DNA of 64,000 nucleotides, taken from Acholeplasmataceae bacterium (GTDB lineage: Bacteria; Bacillota_I; Bacilli_A; Acholeplasmatales; Acholeplasmataceae). Where the stretch lies: positions 1,120,001-1,184,000 of the forward strand of contig OY775910.1 of assembly GCA_963675245.1 (NCBI GenBank). The letters are read 5' to 3'. Made by a program: the position numbers and the translations under genes. The first letter of the stretch is position 1. Every line of letters begins with the position of its first letter. The notes under the pieces are model-generated. The model did no database searches, was not told the origin of the DNA, and saw only the letters and a list, made by a program, of their open reading frames with translations. Positions 48,359 to 58,317 of the stretch are shown piece by piece.

Positions 48359-50944
48359 TCAGTCCTTTTTCTTTGGAATGTTAAAGAATTCTTCCATCAT
48401 ATCATCAATTGCTTTCGGTTTAGATATGACATAACCTTGTATATATGTGACATGATGTTTTTTACAATAATCGATTTGTTCTTGGGTTTCAGTGCCTTCC
48501 ACTACAACCGGTTTATGCATGTCATGGATAATACTGATCATACGTTGTAATGTAAGTCCATCATCCTTATCCGGATAACCCATCATAAATTGTTTATCGA
48601 TTTTAACATAATCGACTTCAATGGACTTTAATGAGCTAATGGATGAATAACCTGTACCAAAGTCATCAATCGCGATTTTGATATCATATTGATGAAGCAT
48701 GTTGATAATTTTATTAGTACGTTCGATATGATCAATGTAGATACTTTCCAATATTTCAAACGTGAATGTAGATGAAGGAATCTGACTCTCTTCTATCACT
48801 TTGATGAGCTGGCTGATGACATAATCATTACCAAAATCAAAACCCGATAAGTTAATTGAAATTCTAAAATTCTCTGGTAATAAAGCCAAATAAGGCTTGA
48901 TATCATGAATCACAAGGTTTAATACCATCAGTGATAAGTGATTTATATAAAAACTACTTTCTATGATAGGAATGAATTCATCCGGATAGATTTGTCCTAA
49001 CGTATCGTTATGCCATCTAAGCAGTGCTTCGGCACCTTCAAAGTGATCATTTTCAAGATTTTTTTGAATTTGATAATTTACATAGAATTCATTGTTTTGA
49101 AAGCCGTCATCTAACGCTTTATAAATTTGATGTCTGCGTTTAATATTCATCTTCATGTCAGGATGATAAAAATGATGTCTCGTGTGTTTATGATGATCCA
49201 AACATGACATCGTGATGATTAAGGCATCAATTAGTGATGTTAAATGATCAACATCATCATTAGCCTGAGCAAGGGATAGTGTATATGTAAATTCATTGTT
49301 CGTCTCTGGCAAAAAGCGATAGAAATCGACTAAATTATCGATTTGTTCAATCATCTGATTAAATTCATCTGGCTTCACATTAACGTATAGCATGATCTGA
49401 TTAAGCTTCGGTATCATGATCTCAAATTGAGGTGAAAGCTTTTGACGTAAGAAGTTAGCAAAATCATAAGAATCGGCATGATTAATGGTTAACATCATGA
49501 GTGTACTTTCACTTACAATAAATTCAAAAAGATTTAATAATAACTTGATATCATGAATTTCTTCATCGATATTTTCAACATAGTTTAAATAATTATTAAA
49601 CGATATTTTTGGTTCTGAAAAAATACCAATATAATGTTTATCTCGTTTTCCAAATGCGAGTTGTTCCTTGATTCTAATGTATTTTAATATGTAAATACCT
49701 GATTTAGAAATATCCCAATTATGACCACTAAAATCGACAGTTTGAGTTGGATCAATGTCTGGCGTTAATTGAGGGACTTGTAATACAAATTGAACATTTT
49801 TTAAAAAGACATCATCAAGATTGTAACCATAAATACGGGTAAAGGCATCATTGACATAAGTGAATCTAAGTTTACCATCAGAAATAATGACGGCATTTTC
49901 ATTTTGGGCAGTAAGATAACTATTCGCGTTTAATTGTAGTTTTGTTTCATTGTTAGCCCGCATCATATAACTAATGACACCAATAAACGTTAATAAGACA
50001 AAATTAATCGTAATCATGACCCAAAGGTGGTTTAAAATATAATAACCACTTTGATTCATAGCGGCGTTTAAATCATATAAAATGAAAATCTCAATATACG
50101 TATCAGCATCAATAATATAATCTTCTTGATATGCTCTAATATCGAATTCTCTAGATATGGCTTCTTGATTTTCAACCAGATCTGAAATGATTTCTTCAGA
50201 TAAAGAATTATCCGAAATAGGCTGAATTTGATTTAATTCACGATCAGCAATCCACACAGAACCACTACTAATTAACCCAAGTCTTAGATAATCAATATCT
50301 GTTTCAGAATACATCGAGAAAACAGATAAAAAAGATTCTGCATCATAATCAACAATTAAATAACTAATGACCACATCATCTTGAATCAGTGGCAGAATAA
50401 AGGTTAAGATAGGTGTATCTTCAACCATCTTCAGTTTTGAAATATGAATCAATTGCATGTCTAAATTCATGATGGATGTGTAATATGATTCATGAGTCAC
50501 ATCCCCAAGATTATCATTTAATACTAATAAGGTGTCATCGCTTCTTGTTAATTGATAGAAGATATCACCATTTGGATTAACTAGTTTCACATGGATAAAA
50601 TTTTCTTGGTTGGTGGATATGCGGTATAACAGCATTTCAAATTCATTTAAATTGGTATTGGATTGATCTGCTAAATAAGCTTGTGTCTCGTTCGCGTCTT
50701 TAATAACAAAAAGATCATTGTGAAGAGCTTCCATACGCGTATTGATAAATAAATCAATACCTCTGATTTCACTTAACGCGTTACTTTCTAATCCAGTTAC
50801 AATGGCGTCCCTCTGTGCATTTTGAATGATGATGTAAGCACCGTTCATAACCACAAAAAGAGGGATAATAAAAATTAAAAACCATCCCACATGTAAAAAG
50901 GTCTCTTTGATATTTCTGATGATTTTAAGTACGGCAGACCTCAT
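48359..50944 (-). CDS. Membrane sensor-PAS-degenerate GGDEF-EAL phosphodiesterase, paralog 3
   Basis: EALLRW, FEILE, DDFGTGYSS, KID, EGTE, QGY; aligns by eye with paralogs 1 and 2. Confidence 0.85.
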   Translation of the reverse strand: MRSAVLKIIRNIKETFLHVGWFLIFIIPLFVVMNGAYIIIQNAQRDAIVTGLESNALSEIRGIDLFINTRMEALHNDLFVIKDANETQAYLADQSNTNLNEFEMLLYRISTNQENFIHVKLVNPNGDIFYQLTRSDDTLLVLNDNLGDVTHESYYTSIMNLDMQLIHISKLKMVEDTPILTFILPLIQDDVVISYLIVDYDAESFLSVFSMYSETDIDYLRLGLISSGSVWIADRELNQIQPISDNSLSEEIISDLVENQEAISREFDIRAYQEDYIIDADTYIEIFILYDLNAAMNQSGYYILNHLWVMITINFVLLTFIGVISYMMRANNETKLQLNANSYLTAQNENAVIISDGKLRFTYVNDAFTRIYGYNLDDVFLKNVQFVLQVPQLTPDIDPTQTVDFSGHNWDISKSGIYILKYIRIKEQLAFGKRDKHYIGIFSEPKISFNNYLNYVENIDEEIHDIKLLLNLFEFIVSESTLMMLTINHADSYDFANFLRQKLSPQFEIMIPKLNQIMLYVNVKPDEFNQMIEQIDNLVDFYRFLPETNNEFTYTLSLAQANDDVDHLTSLIDALIITMSCLDHHKHTRHHFYHPDMKMNIKRRHQIYKALDDGFQNNEFYVNYQIQKNLENDHFEGAEALLRWHNDTLGQIYPDEFIPIIESSFYINHLSLMVLNLVIHDIKPYLALLPENFRISINLSGFDFGNDYVISQLIKVIEESQIPSSTFTFEILESIYIDHIERTNKIINMLHQYDIKIAIDDFGTGYSSISSLKSIEVDYVKIDKQFMMGYPDKDDGLTLQRMISIIHDMHKPVVVEGTETQEQIDYCKKHHVTYIQGYVISKPKAIDDMMEEFFNIPKKKD

Positions 50945-51063
50945 CGTTTACTCCCATGGATAAAAAAATTTCAAAGGACTGTTTATATGTTTAATAGATG
51001 ATGACAACGTCACTTGTTAATCTCATTATATACTAATGTATGTGTTGTATTCAATTTATATGG

Positions 51064-51099
51064 AAAAAGCTGATTATCTCATTGATTGAGATATCAGCC
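51064..51099 (-). terminator. Terminator after the flavodoxin-family gene
   Basis: GCTGATTATCTCA...TGAGATATCAGC with an A-run on the + strand (U-run on -). Confidence 0.7.
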
Positions 51100-51126
51100 C
51101 TTGTTATGCTATTTTTAAGCAATTAT

Positions 51127-51969
51127 TTAGTCAAGATCGTTTTGCGTATCAAGCCAGTCATGGAAATTACGATGATGATTGAATAGTTGACCATCATTCG
51201 TTTTTAAATCGTATTGTGCACGTAATGAACTTCTTAGTAACACACCCACGATTCTACCCATGAAACGTTTTAAATAGTGTCTTTTAATTTTGTAAAAATA
51301 ATGTTTTTTATCTTTATAGTATGCATAATCAGCAGGGAAGTAAGATCGATACACAGGACTGCTTGATAAGGTTTTAAAAGTATAAAACCAACCCCAATCA
51401 TAAAGAGAAGGTGTTTTTCGCTTAAGGGATCTTAATTGACGATAGAACGTAATAGAGGTACGATTAATGCGTCTTTGTGAATGATCTTTTCTTTTAACAG
51501 GGACTGGTGCGTGTTTTAAATGAAATGTGCCAACAAACTTACCAGCTGATACAATATGACTCAATTGTTTTTCAGCCATTTTATGACCAGATAAACCATC
51601 GGTAATCACATTCAAAAATGTCTTATCAAAATTGGTTGGACGATGTGTTAAATAAGCAAGCCTATCAATAAACATTTTAAAGATGGCTGGGACACCTTGT
51701 GCATAAACAGGAGATGCTAAAATAATACCATCTGCTTGGTCCATTTTCATGTTTATCTCATCCATATCATCTGAAACAGGACAAAAGTCAACACCATGTG
51801 TTAAACATTTTTGACAACCAATACACTCTTTAAATGATTTTTCAGCTAAAAAGATATATTCACATTCAATGAGTGGATCAAACGCGATTAAATTAGAGAC
51901 GATTCTCGTCACGATATTATATGTATTTCCTTGAGATCTTGGACTACCGATAATCGCTAAAATTTTCAT
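51127..51969 (-). CDS. Flavodoxin-like NAD(P)H-dependent FMN reductase / iron-sulfur flavoprotein family
   Basis: GSPRSQGNT, CIGCQKC...C..DD, ADGIILASPVY, FIDR. Confidence 0.85.
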   Translation of the reverse strand: MKILAIIGSPRSQGNTYNIVTRIVSNLIAFDPLIECEYIFLAEKSFKECIGCQKCLTHGVDFCPVSDDMDEINMKMDQADGIILASPVYAQGVPAIFKMFIDRLAYLTHRPTNFDKTFLNVITDGLSGHKMAEKQLSHIVSAGKFVGTFHLKHAPVPVKRKDHSQRRINRTSITFYRQLRSLKRKTPSLYDWGWFYTFKTLSSSPVYRSYFPADYAYYKDKKHYFYKIKRHYLKRFMGRIVGVLLRSSLRAQYDLKTNDGQLFNHHRNFHDWLDTQNDLD

Positions 51970-52210
51970 GATATCTCCTCATTGTAAAAAAATAAAAAAA
52001 GACTACCTCTACGAGCGGTATCTGGGTGTTATTTATCTTTACACATTTATTATAACAAACCTTCACCTTTTAATACTATGACAAATTTGGCAATTTTCTG
52101 AAAAATTTCATGAAAATATCCATAAAAGTCAGTGATTTGTCGTTTTTTGGTATAGACTTATGTATATGAATAAATTATAATAGTAATAATATATGATTGG
52201 AGGGATTTAC

Positions 52211-54175
52211 ATGAATCAAATACCACTTGATCATTTCTTGCACTATAAGTTCGTATCAAATTTAAAAACAAGTCCAAATCGTAAGAGATTGGTCTTTATG
52301 GCGAGTTATGCTGACCTAGAAAAAAACGATTATAAAGGTATTCTTTATCACATTGAGAAAGGGAAAGCGATGCGTTTGATTCGCTTAAAAGATGCAGATT
52401 CATTTGTTTTTGAAACAGAAGATACGATTCTTATCCCTCTAACCAAAAATAAAAAAGAAGAAAAATTAAAAAAAGATAAAAAAACGGTATATTACAGATA
52501 TAATTTTGTGAGTAAAAAAGTCGAACAAGCTTACGTCTTTAATGCCCCATTATCAGTTGAGAAAGTATTACCAGATGGTAAGTTATTATTAAACGGTATG
52601 TTAACAGATGATGAGATGGCGTTACTTTCAGTTGAAGATAAAAAAAGAAAAGGGCTTCTTGAATCACTGAAAAAAGAAAAAGCTTATGAAGAAATCGATC
52701 AAATTCCTTTCTATTTTAATGGACCAGGATTTATCGCAAACAAAAAGAGTCGATTATTCATTTATGATCCAAAAGATAAATCAATTAATCAAATTTTTGA
52801 TGAATCATTTCATGTCGAGGGATTTAGAGCAAATAACGATTCAATCTATGTGCATGGTTATGAACTACAAGATGTGATGCCACTATATAATGATTTTTAT
52901 CGTTATGATCTAAAAACAGGAGATGTTGAAGCACTTCTGAAGAATGATTCATTTATGATAAATGGATTAGAACTTGTCGGGGATCGTGTCGTCGTTCTAG
53001 CAAGCCAAGGTGAAAAATATGGCTTAAATCAAGACCCGGATTTTTATGTCTTGAAAAATCATCAACTAGAGCTTTTATCATCGTTTGGTTATAATGTTGG
53101 AAATTCGATTGGATCTGATGTAAGATACGGAAAGAATTCACAGACCATGGTCGTTGATGAAGAGTTATATTTTGTTGAAACAGTTGATGATCATACGGTC
53201 ATTAATAAAGTTGAACTCGATGGTAATATCATCCATGTCTGTGATATGCATGGTGCAGTAGATGGTCTTGCTTATTTTGAGAATGAATTATATTTGGTGG
53301 GTCAATATAGACAAAAACTACAGGAAGTTTATCGCATTTATGAAGATAAACTGACACAAGTATCCAGTTTGAATTCATCAGTGCTTAGAGGTTATTATGT
53401 TGCTAAACCAAAACGCATTGATGTCAGACGTGATGATTATGATGTGACTGGGTTTGTCTTACTCCCTGAAGATTACGATCCAGATAAATCTTATCCAGCC
53501 ATTTTAGATATTCATGGTGGTCCTAAAACAGCATATGGTCAAGTTTACTATCATGAGATGCAATATTGGGTTAATGAAGGATACATTGTCTTTTATTGTA
53601 ACCCTACAGGGTCTGATGGTAAAGGTGGTGAATTTGCCGATATAAGAGGCAAATACGGTACGGTAGACTATGAAGATATCATGGCGTTTACCGAAAAAGT
53701 ATTAAGAAAAATTAAAAACATCGATAAAGAAAGATTATATGTCACTGGTGGTTCATATGGTGGCTATATGACAAACTGGATTGTTGGACACACAAATATT
53801 TTTAAGGCAGCTGCGACACAACGTTCGATATCTAATTGGATCTCATTTCACGCAACATCTGATATCGGATATTATTTCGCAAGTGATCAAAATGCAGCAC
53901 ACCCATTTGATAATTTGGAAAAGCTTTGGGATCATTCTCCACTAAAATTTGTTAAAGAGATTGAAACACCACTATTATTCATTCATTCTGATGAGGACTA
54001 TAGATGTCCGATAGAACAAGCAATGCAACTATTTGTCCCATTAAAAGAACGTGGTATAGACACGAAGTTCATCTGGTTTAAAGGTGAGACACATGAGTTA
54101 TCAAGAAGTGGTAAACCACAAGCAAGGATTAAACGATTAAAAGAAATTACTGAGTGGTTTGAAACCCACTTATAA
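52211..54175 (+). CDS. S9 family serine peptidase (acylaminoacyl-peptidase-like)
   Basis: IHGGP, GGSYGG nucleophile elbow, DYRC, HELSRSG. Confidence 0.93.
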   Translation: MNQIPLDHFLHYKFVSNLKTSPNRKRLVFMASYADLEKNDYKGILYHIEKGKAMRLIRLKDADSFVFETEDTILIPLTKNKKEEKLKKDKKTVYYRYNFVSKKVEQAYVFNAPLSVEKVLPDGKLLLNGMLTDDEMALLSVEDKKRKGLLESLKKEKAYEEIDQIPFYFNGPGFIANKKSRLFIYDPKDKSINQIFDESFHVEGFRANNDSIYVHGYELQDVMPLYNDFYRYDLKTGDVEALLKNDSFMINGLELVGDRVVVLASQGEKYGLNQDPDFYVLKNHQLELLSSFGYNVGNSIGSDVRYGKNSQTMVVDEELYFVETVDDHTVINKVELDGNIIHVCDMHGAVDGLAYFENELYLVGQYRQKLQEVYRIYEDKLTQVSSLNSSVLRGYYVAKPKRIDVRRDDYDVTGFVLLPEDYDPDKSYPAILDIHGGPKTAYGQVYYHEMQYWVNEGYIVFYCNPTGSDGKGGEFADIRGKYGTVDYEDIMAFTEKVLRKIKNIDKERLYVTGGSYGGYMTNWIVGHTNIFKAAATQRSISNWISFHATSDIGYYFASDQNAAHPFDNLEKLWDHSPLKFVKEIETPLLFIHSDEDYRCPIEQAMQLFVPLKERGIDTKFIWFKGETHELSRSGKPQARIKRLKEITEWFETHL

Positions 54176-54276
54176 TGGATAAGGAAGCTTCCACGCTTCC
54201 TTTTTCTTTGCGTATTATTATTGTTGATATTATGATAGAATATTAACAGACTATAAATATTAGATTGGAATTATTC

Positions 54277-55278
54277 ATGGACGCATTTATATTCGCGATA
54301 AACGCGATATTGCCGATTCTCTTATTGTTTTTATTTGGTTATGGTTTAAAGTATTTTAAAATCTTTGATCGATCCTTTTTTATCCAATTAAATAAATATG
54401 TTTTCAGAATTGGATTACCGGCATTACTCTTTTATAAGATCTACACGATCGAAGACTTAGGACAAATTAAATGGGAACTCATTGCTTTCGCGATTATAGC
54501 GATTCTTGTGATGTTCACATTAGGGTTAATATCGGTTTTACTCTTTGTTAAAGATGACCACAAAAAGGGTGTTATTTTACAAGCTGTATTTAGATCAAAT
54601 TTCGCTTTAATAGGACTCCCGTTAGCTGACGCATTAGGTGGACCAGAAACGGGTCAATATATCGCTTTACTCTTCGCCTTCGCTATTCCATTAACCAATA
54701 TATTAGGTGTCGTTTCACTCACCATGTTTCAAAAGGATGAGCTTGGTCGAATCAATGTTGGTTTTATGTTTAAAAACATTGTCACAAATCCGCTGATTAT
54801 AGCGGTAGTGATGGGGATTATATCACTTTCGATAAGAGGTTTTATGCCAGTTATTGATGGTGAAATTGTCTTTTCAATTCAACGGGATTTACCGATTATT
54901 TTTAAACCGTTAAACTGGATTGCCAATACAGCTACACCAATGGCACTCATCGCCTTAGGTGGACAGTTTGAAATGAATGTCGTTAAAAGTTTAGCGAAAG
55001 ATATTATTCATGGCACCATATGGCGAATTATTTTAGTCCCTAGTATTGTTTTAACGACAGCTTATTTTTTAAGAAATATATTTCCAGCATTACATGATGC
55101 CTTTCCTGCACTCATCGCGTTATTTAGTGCACCAGTCGCTGTTTCATCAGTGATTATGGCACATGAAATGAAAGGTGATGATCAGCTTGCAGGACAACTT
55201 GTCGTTTGGACATCCATTGGATCAGTATTTACGGTATTTATTATTGTTGTTGTCTTTCGAAGTTTAGGTATGCTATAA
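54277..55278 (+). CDS. AEC (auxin efflux carrier/malate permease) family transporter
   Basis: LPALLF, FRSNFALIGLP, NPLIIA, PMALIALG, APVAVSS. Confidence 0.88.
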   Translation: MDAFIFAINAILPILLLFLFGYGLKYFKIFDRSFFIQLNKYVFRIGLPALLFYKIYTIEDLGQIKWELIAFAIIAILVMFTLGLISVLLFVKDDHKKGVILQAVFRSNFALIGLPLADALGGPETGQYIALLFAFAIPLTNILGVVSLTMFQKDELGRINVGFMFKNIVTNPLIIAVVMGIISLSIRGFMPVIDGEIVFSIQRDLPIIFKPLNWIANTATPMALIALGGQFEMNVVKSLAKDIIHGTIWRIILVPSIVLTTAYFLRNIFPALHDAFPALIALFSAPVAVSSVIMAHEMKGDDQLAGQLVVWTSIGSVFTVFIIVVVFRSLGML

Positions 55279-55432
55279 AAACACCATTCAGGTGTTTTTT
55301 TTATGATTGAAAGTGCGAAAATGGCTTATCTGCCCAATTGCTAAAACTGTTAAAATATTCCAAAAATTTAACCCCTTATAGTCGCTTGACAAAGCGGTTA
55401 TAGGGGGTTTTTATAAAAAGTAATTTTATATG

Positions 55433-55460
55433 TTGACATCTGAAAAAAATAGTGTATAAT
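55433..55460 (+). promoter_or_regulatory. potABCD promoter
   Basis: TTGACA, 16 bp spacer, TATAAT. Confidence 0.7.
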
Positions 55461-55494
55461 TCTATCATGGAAATATGAATGGAGGAATGATGCG

Positions 55495-56607
55495 TTGGAG
55501 AAAAAACCGCTCATTGAGTTAATCCACATAAGCAAGTCTTTTGATGATGAGCTTGCTGTTGTTAAAGACATGAATTTAACCATTTATGAAAATGAATTCA
55601 TCACACTTTTAGGTCCTTCTGGTTGTGGTAAATCGACCACATTAAGAATGATTGGTGGTTTTGAAACACCTAATGAGGGACAAATTGTCATCGATGGTAA
55701 GGTCGTCAACGATCTTCCCCCTTATGCACGACCGATCAATACGGTTTTTCAACGTTACGCTTTATTCCCACATCTTAACGTGACTGAAAATGTCGCCTTT
55801 TCACTGAACAATCGGACGAAAGATTATCTGGTTCTTTTTTTTGGACTGAATAAAGATGATAAGAATCTTAAAAAACAGATCAAAGATAGTATTGATAAAG
55901 CTGTTAAAGAAGCGTTAGCACTTGTTAAACTCGTCGGTTATGAAAACAGAAAAATTACTCAGCTATCTGGTGGTCAACAACAACGTGTTGCACTTGCAAG
56001 AGCACTCATAAATAAACCTGAAATATTACTTTTGGATGAGCCACTCGCTGCACTGGATTTAAAGCTTAGACAAAATATGCAATATGAATTAAAAGAAATG
56101 CAACGAAAATTAGGTATTACCTTCATCTTTGTGACCCACGATCAAGAAGAAGCAATGACGATGTCAGATCGTATCGCCGTCATGAAAGATGGCGTCATTC
56201 AACAACTTGGTACACCAAAACATATTTATAATGAACCAATCAATCGCTATGTCGCAAATTTCATTGGTGAATCAAATATGTTTGAAGGTGTCTTCACAAG
56301 AAAAGATCGTGTATCTTTTTTGGATACAGAGTGGGCATGCACAGGATATCAATTTAAGGATAATGAATTAGTTGATGTCGTCATCCGTCCTGAAGACTGG
56401 GATGTTGTAAAACCAGCACTTGGTAAACTAGTTGGCACAGTTACATCCGCTATCTTTAAAGGTGTACATAACGAATATACTGTTGAAGTAGATGGTAAGT
56501 TTATTGATATCAACGATTATGAGTCATATCAAGTTGGTGATCAAATCGGTTTAAAAATCGATCCATATGAAATCCATCTCATGAAAAAGGATTTGACACA
56601 TGGATAA
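55495..56607 (+). CDS. potA: Spermidine/putrescine ABC transporter ATPase
   Basis: GPSGCGKS, VFQRYALFPH, LSGGQQQR, LLDEPL, THDQEEA. Confidence 0.93.
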   Translation: MEKKPLIELIHISKSFDDELAVVKDMNLTIYENEFITLLGPSGCGKSTTLRMIGGFETPNEGQIVIDGKVVNDLPPYARPINTVFQRYALFPHLNVTENVAFSLNNRTKDYLVLFFGLNKDDKNLKKQIKDSIDKAVKEALALVKLVGYENRKITQLSGGQQQRVALARALINKPEILLLDEPLAALDLKLRQNMQYELKEMQRKLGITFIFVTHDQEEAMTMSDRIAVMKDGVIQQLGTPKHIYNEPINRYVANFIGESNMFEGVFTRKDRVSFLDTEWACTGYQFKDNELVDVVIRPEDWDVVKPALGKLVGTVTSAIFKGVHNEYTVEVDGKFIDINDYESYQVGDQIGLKIDPYEIHLMKKDLTHG

Positions 56608-57445
56608 AAGCTTCAAGAAGATGGGTTTACCATATGTCGGATGGCTCTTCTTATTTGCGTTACTACCGATTCTTGTCATGTTTGTCTTATCTTTTATGAA
56701 TACATTCCAAGCGGACTTTTCAAGACCGTTTAGTTTTACACTACAGCATTTTGATAATCTCTTTTCCGTATCAACAGGACTCGCTTTAGGTACGTCCTTT
56801 CTTTATGCTTTCTTAACAACAATGATTACATTTGTTTTAGGGTATATGATTGCTTATACGATTTTTAGATCAAAGATTAAAAATAAGTTCATGGTATTAA
56901 CCATCTTCATTATGCCAATGTGGTCTAATATGTTACTTAGAATGACAATGTTAAGAAGTTTAATGCTTGAACACAATATGTTTACATCGATCATTAACCA
57001 ATTGTTTGGTACAGATATTAGCTTTGTTAAATTAACGGGAACAAGTATTGGTGTCATTATTGGGCTAGTGCTTATGTATTTACCATTCATGATTCTACCC
57101 ATTTATACTGCTTTAGAAAAGATTGATGTTGCGTTAGAAGAAGCCGCTCTAGATTTAGGATTAACAGAGTTTAAAAAGTTTTGGAAGGTCATCTTTCCAT
57201 TATCACTCAAAGGTGTAGCAACCGGTTCAATTCTTGTTTTCTTACCGTCAATGAGTGGGTTTGCTATTCCAGAAATTATCGGTGATGGCAACATCGTTTT
57301 AATTGGTTCTAAAATTCAAGTCGCTTTCTTTAATAATAATAACTACAATTTAGTATCTTTATATTCCATTGTCTTGCTCATTGTTATATTAGGCGCACTC
57401 TTTGCCATATCAAAGGTTGATAAGGAAGGAGAGATGTTATTATGA
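56600..57445 (+). CDS. potB: Spermidine/putrescine ABC permease
   Basis: YLPFMILPIY, EEAALDLG (EAA motif); operon order. Confidence 0.9.
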   Translation: MDKSFKKMGLPYVGWLFLFALLPILVMFVLSFMNTFQADFSRPFSFTLQHFDNLFSVSTGLALGTSFLYAFLTTMITFVLGYMIAYTIFRSKIKNKFMVLTIFIMPMWSNMLLRMTMLRSLMLEHNMFTSIINQLFGTDISFVKLTGTSIGVIIGLVLMYLPFMILPIYTALEKIDVALEEAALDLGLTEFKKFWKVIFPLSLKGVATGSILVFLPSMSGFAIPEIIGDGNIVLIGSKIQVAFFNNNNYNLVSLYSIVLLIVILGALFAISKVDKEGEMLL

Positions 57446-58317
57446 CCGAACACAAACAATATCAAGTAGCCAAAATCACAGATTATGGTTATCGCGATTA
57501 CCGGGTATTTAAGAAAGTTCAGCATATCGTCTTTAAAGTCCTTGTTGGTATTCTGATTTTATCTTTATATATTCCAGTGATTATGCTTGCCATTCAATCT
57601 GTTAATTCGATTGATAATGCCTTATCGATTGATTATGGACATATCACGTTTAAATGGTACTTAACGATGTTTGAAGAGGATAATTTGACAGACGCGATTG
57701 TGGTGACATTGATCACGAGTGGTATCTCAACATTATTATCCGTTGTCATTGGTACACTCGCAGCAATTGGGATTTACAGTTTTGAAAAAAAGACACGTCA
57801 ACGTTTCATGTTGTTAAACAATATACCCATTTTAAATGCAGATATCGTGACAGGTATTTCTGTCATGATGATTAGTTCATTAATTATAAGACCAATCATT
57901 CCAACCATATTTGGCTTACCAACGCTTGTCATTGCACATCTATTTTTCTCTATTCCTTATGTCATTTTAAATGTCATGCCAAAATTAAAGGAAATGGATC
58001 CTAATTTAATGGATGCTGCACTTGATTTAGGCGTTAAACCTTATAAAGCATTATATAAGGTGATTGTACCAGCAATTACAGCTGGTATATTTGCAGGGAT
58101 GCTTCTAGCATTCACAATGTCAATTGATGATTTCGTCATTAGTTTATTCAATAGTGGTAGTACATCAAATCTATCAAAATGGGTGTATGCCCAATATAAA
58201 AGGTCACCTACACAAAGGGTGTCCGCGTTTTCTACACTTTTAACCGTGATGACCATTGTTTTAATGTTCATCTATGGACTCATCAATAATTATAAAAAAA
58301 GGAGAAATGAAAAATGA
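57442..58317 (+). CDS. potC: Spermidine/putrescine ABC permease
   Basis: DAALDLG, FTMSIDDFVIS; operon order. Confidence 0.9.
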   Translation: MTEHKQYQVAKITDYGYRDYRVFKKVQHIVFKVLVGILILSLYIPVIMLAIQSVNSIDNALSIDYGHITFKWYLTMFEEDNLTDAIVVTLITSGISTLLSVVIGTLAAIGIYSFEKKTRQRFMLLNNIPILNADIVTGISVMMISSLIIRPIIPTIFGLPTLVIAHLFFSIPYVILNVMPKLKEMDPNLMDAALDLGVKPYKALYKVIVPAITAGIFAGMLLAFTMSIDDFVISLFNSGSTSNLSKWVYAQYKRSPTQRVSAFSTLLTVMTIVLMFIYGLINNYKKRRNEK

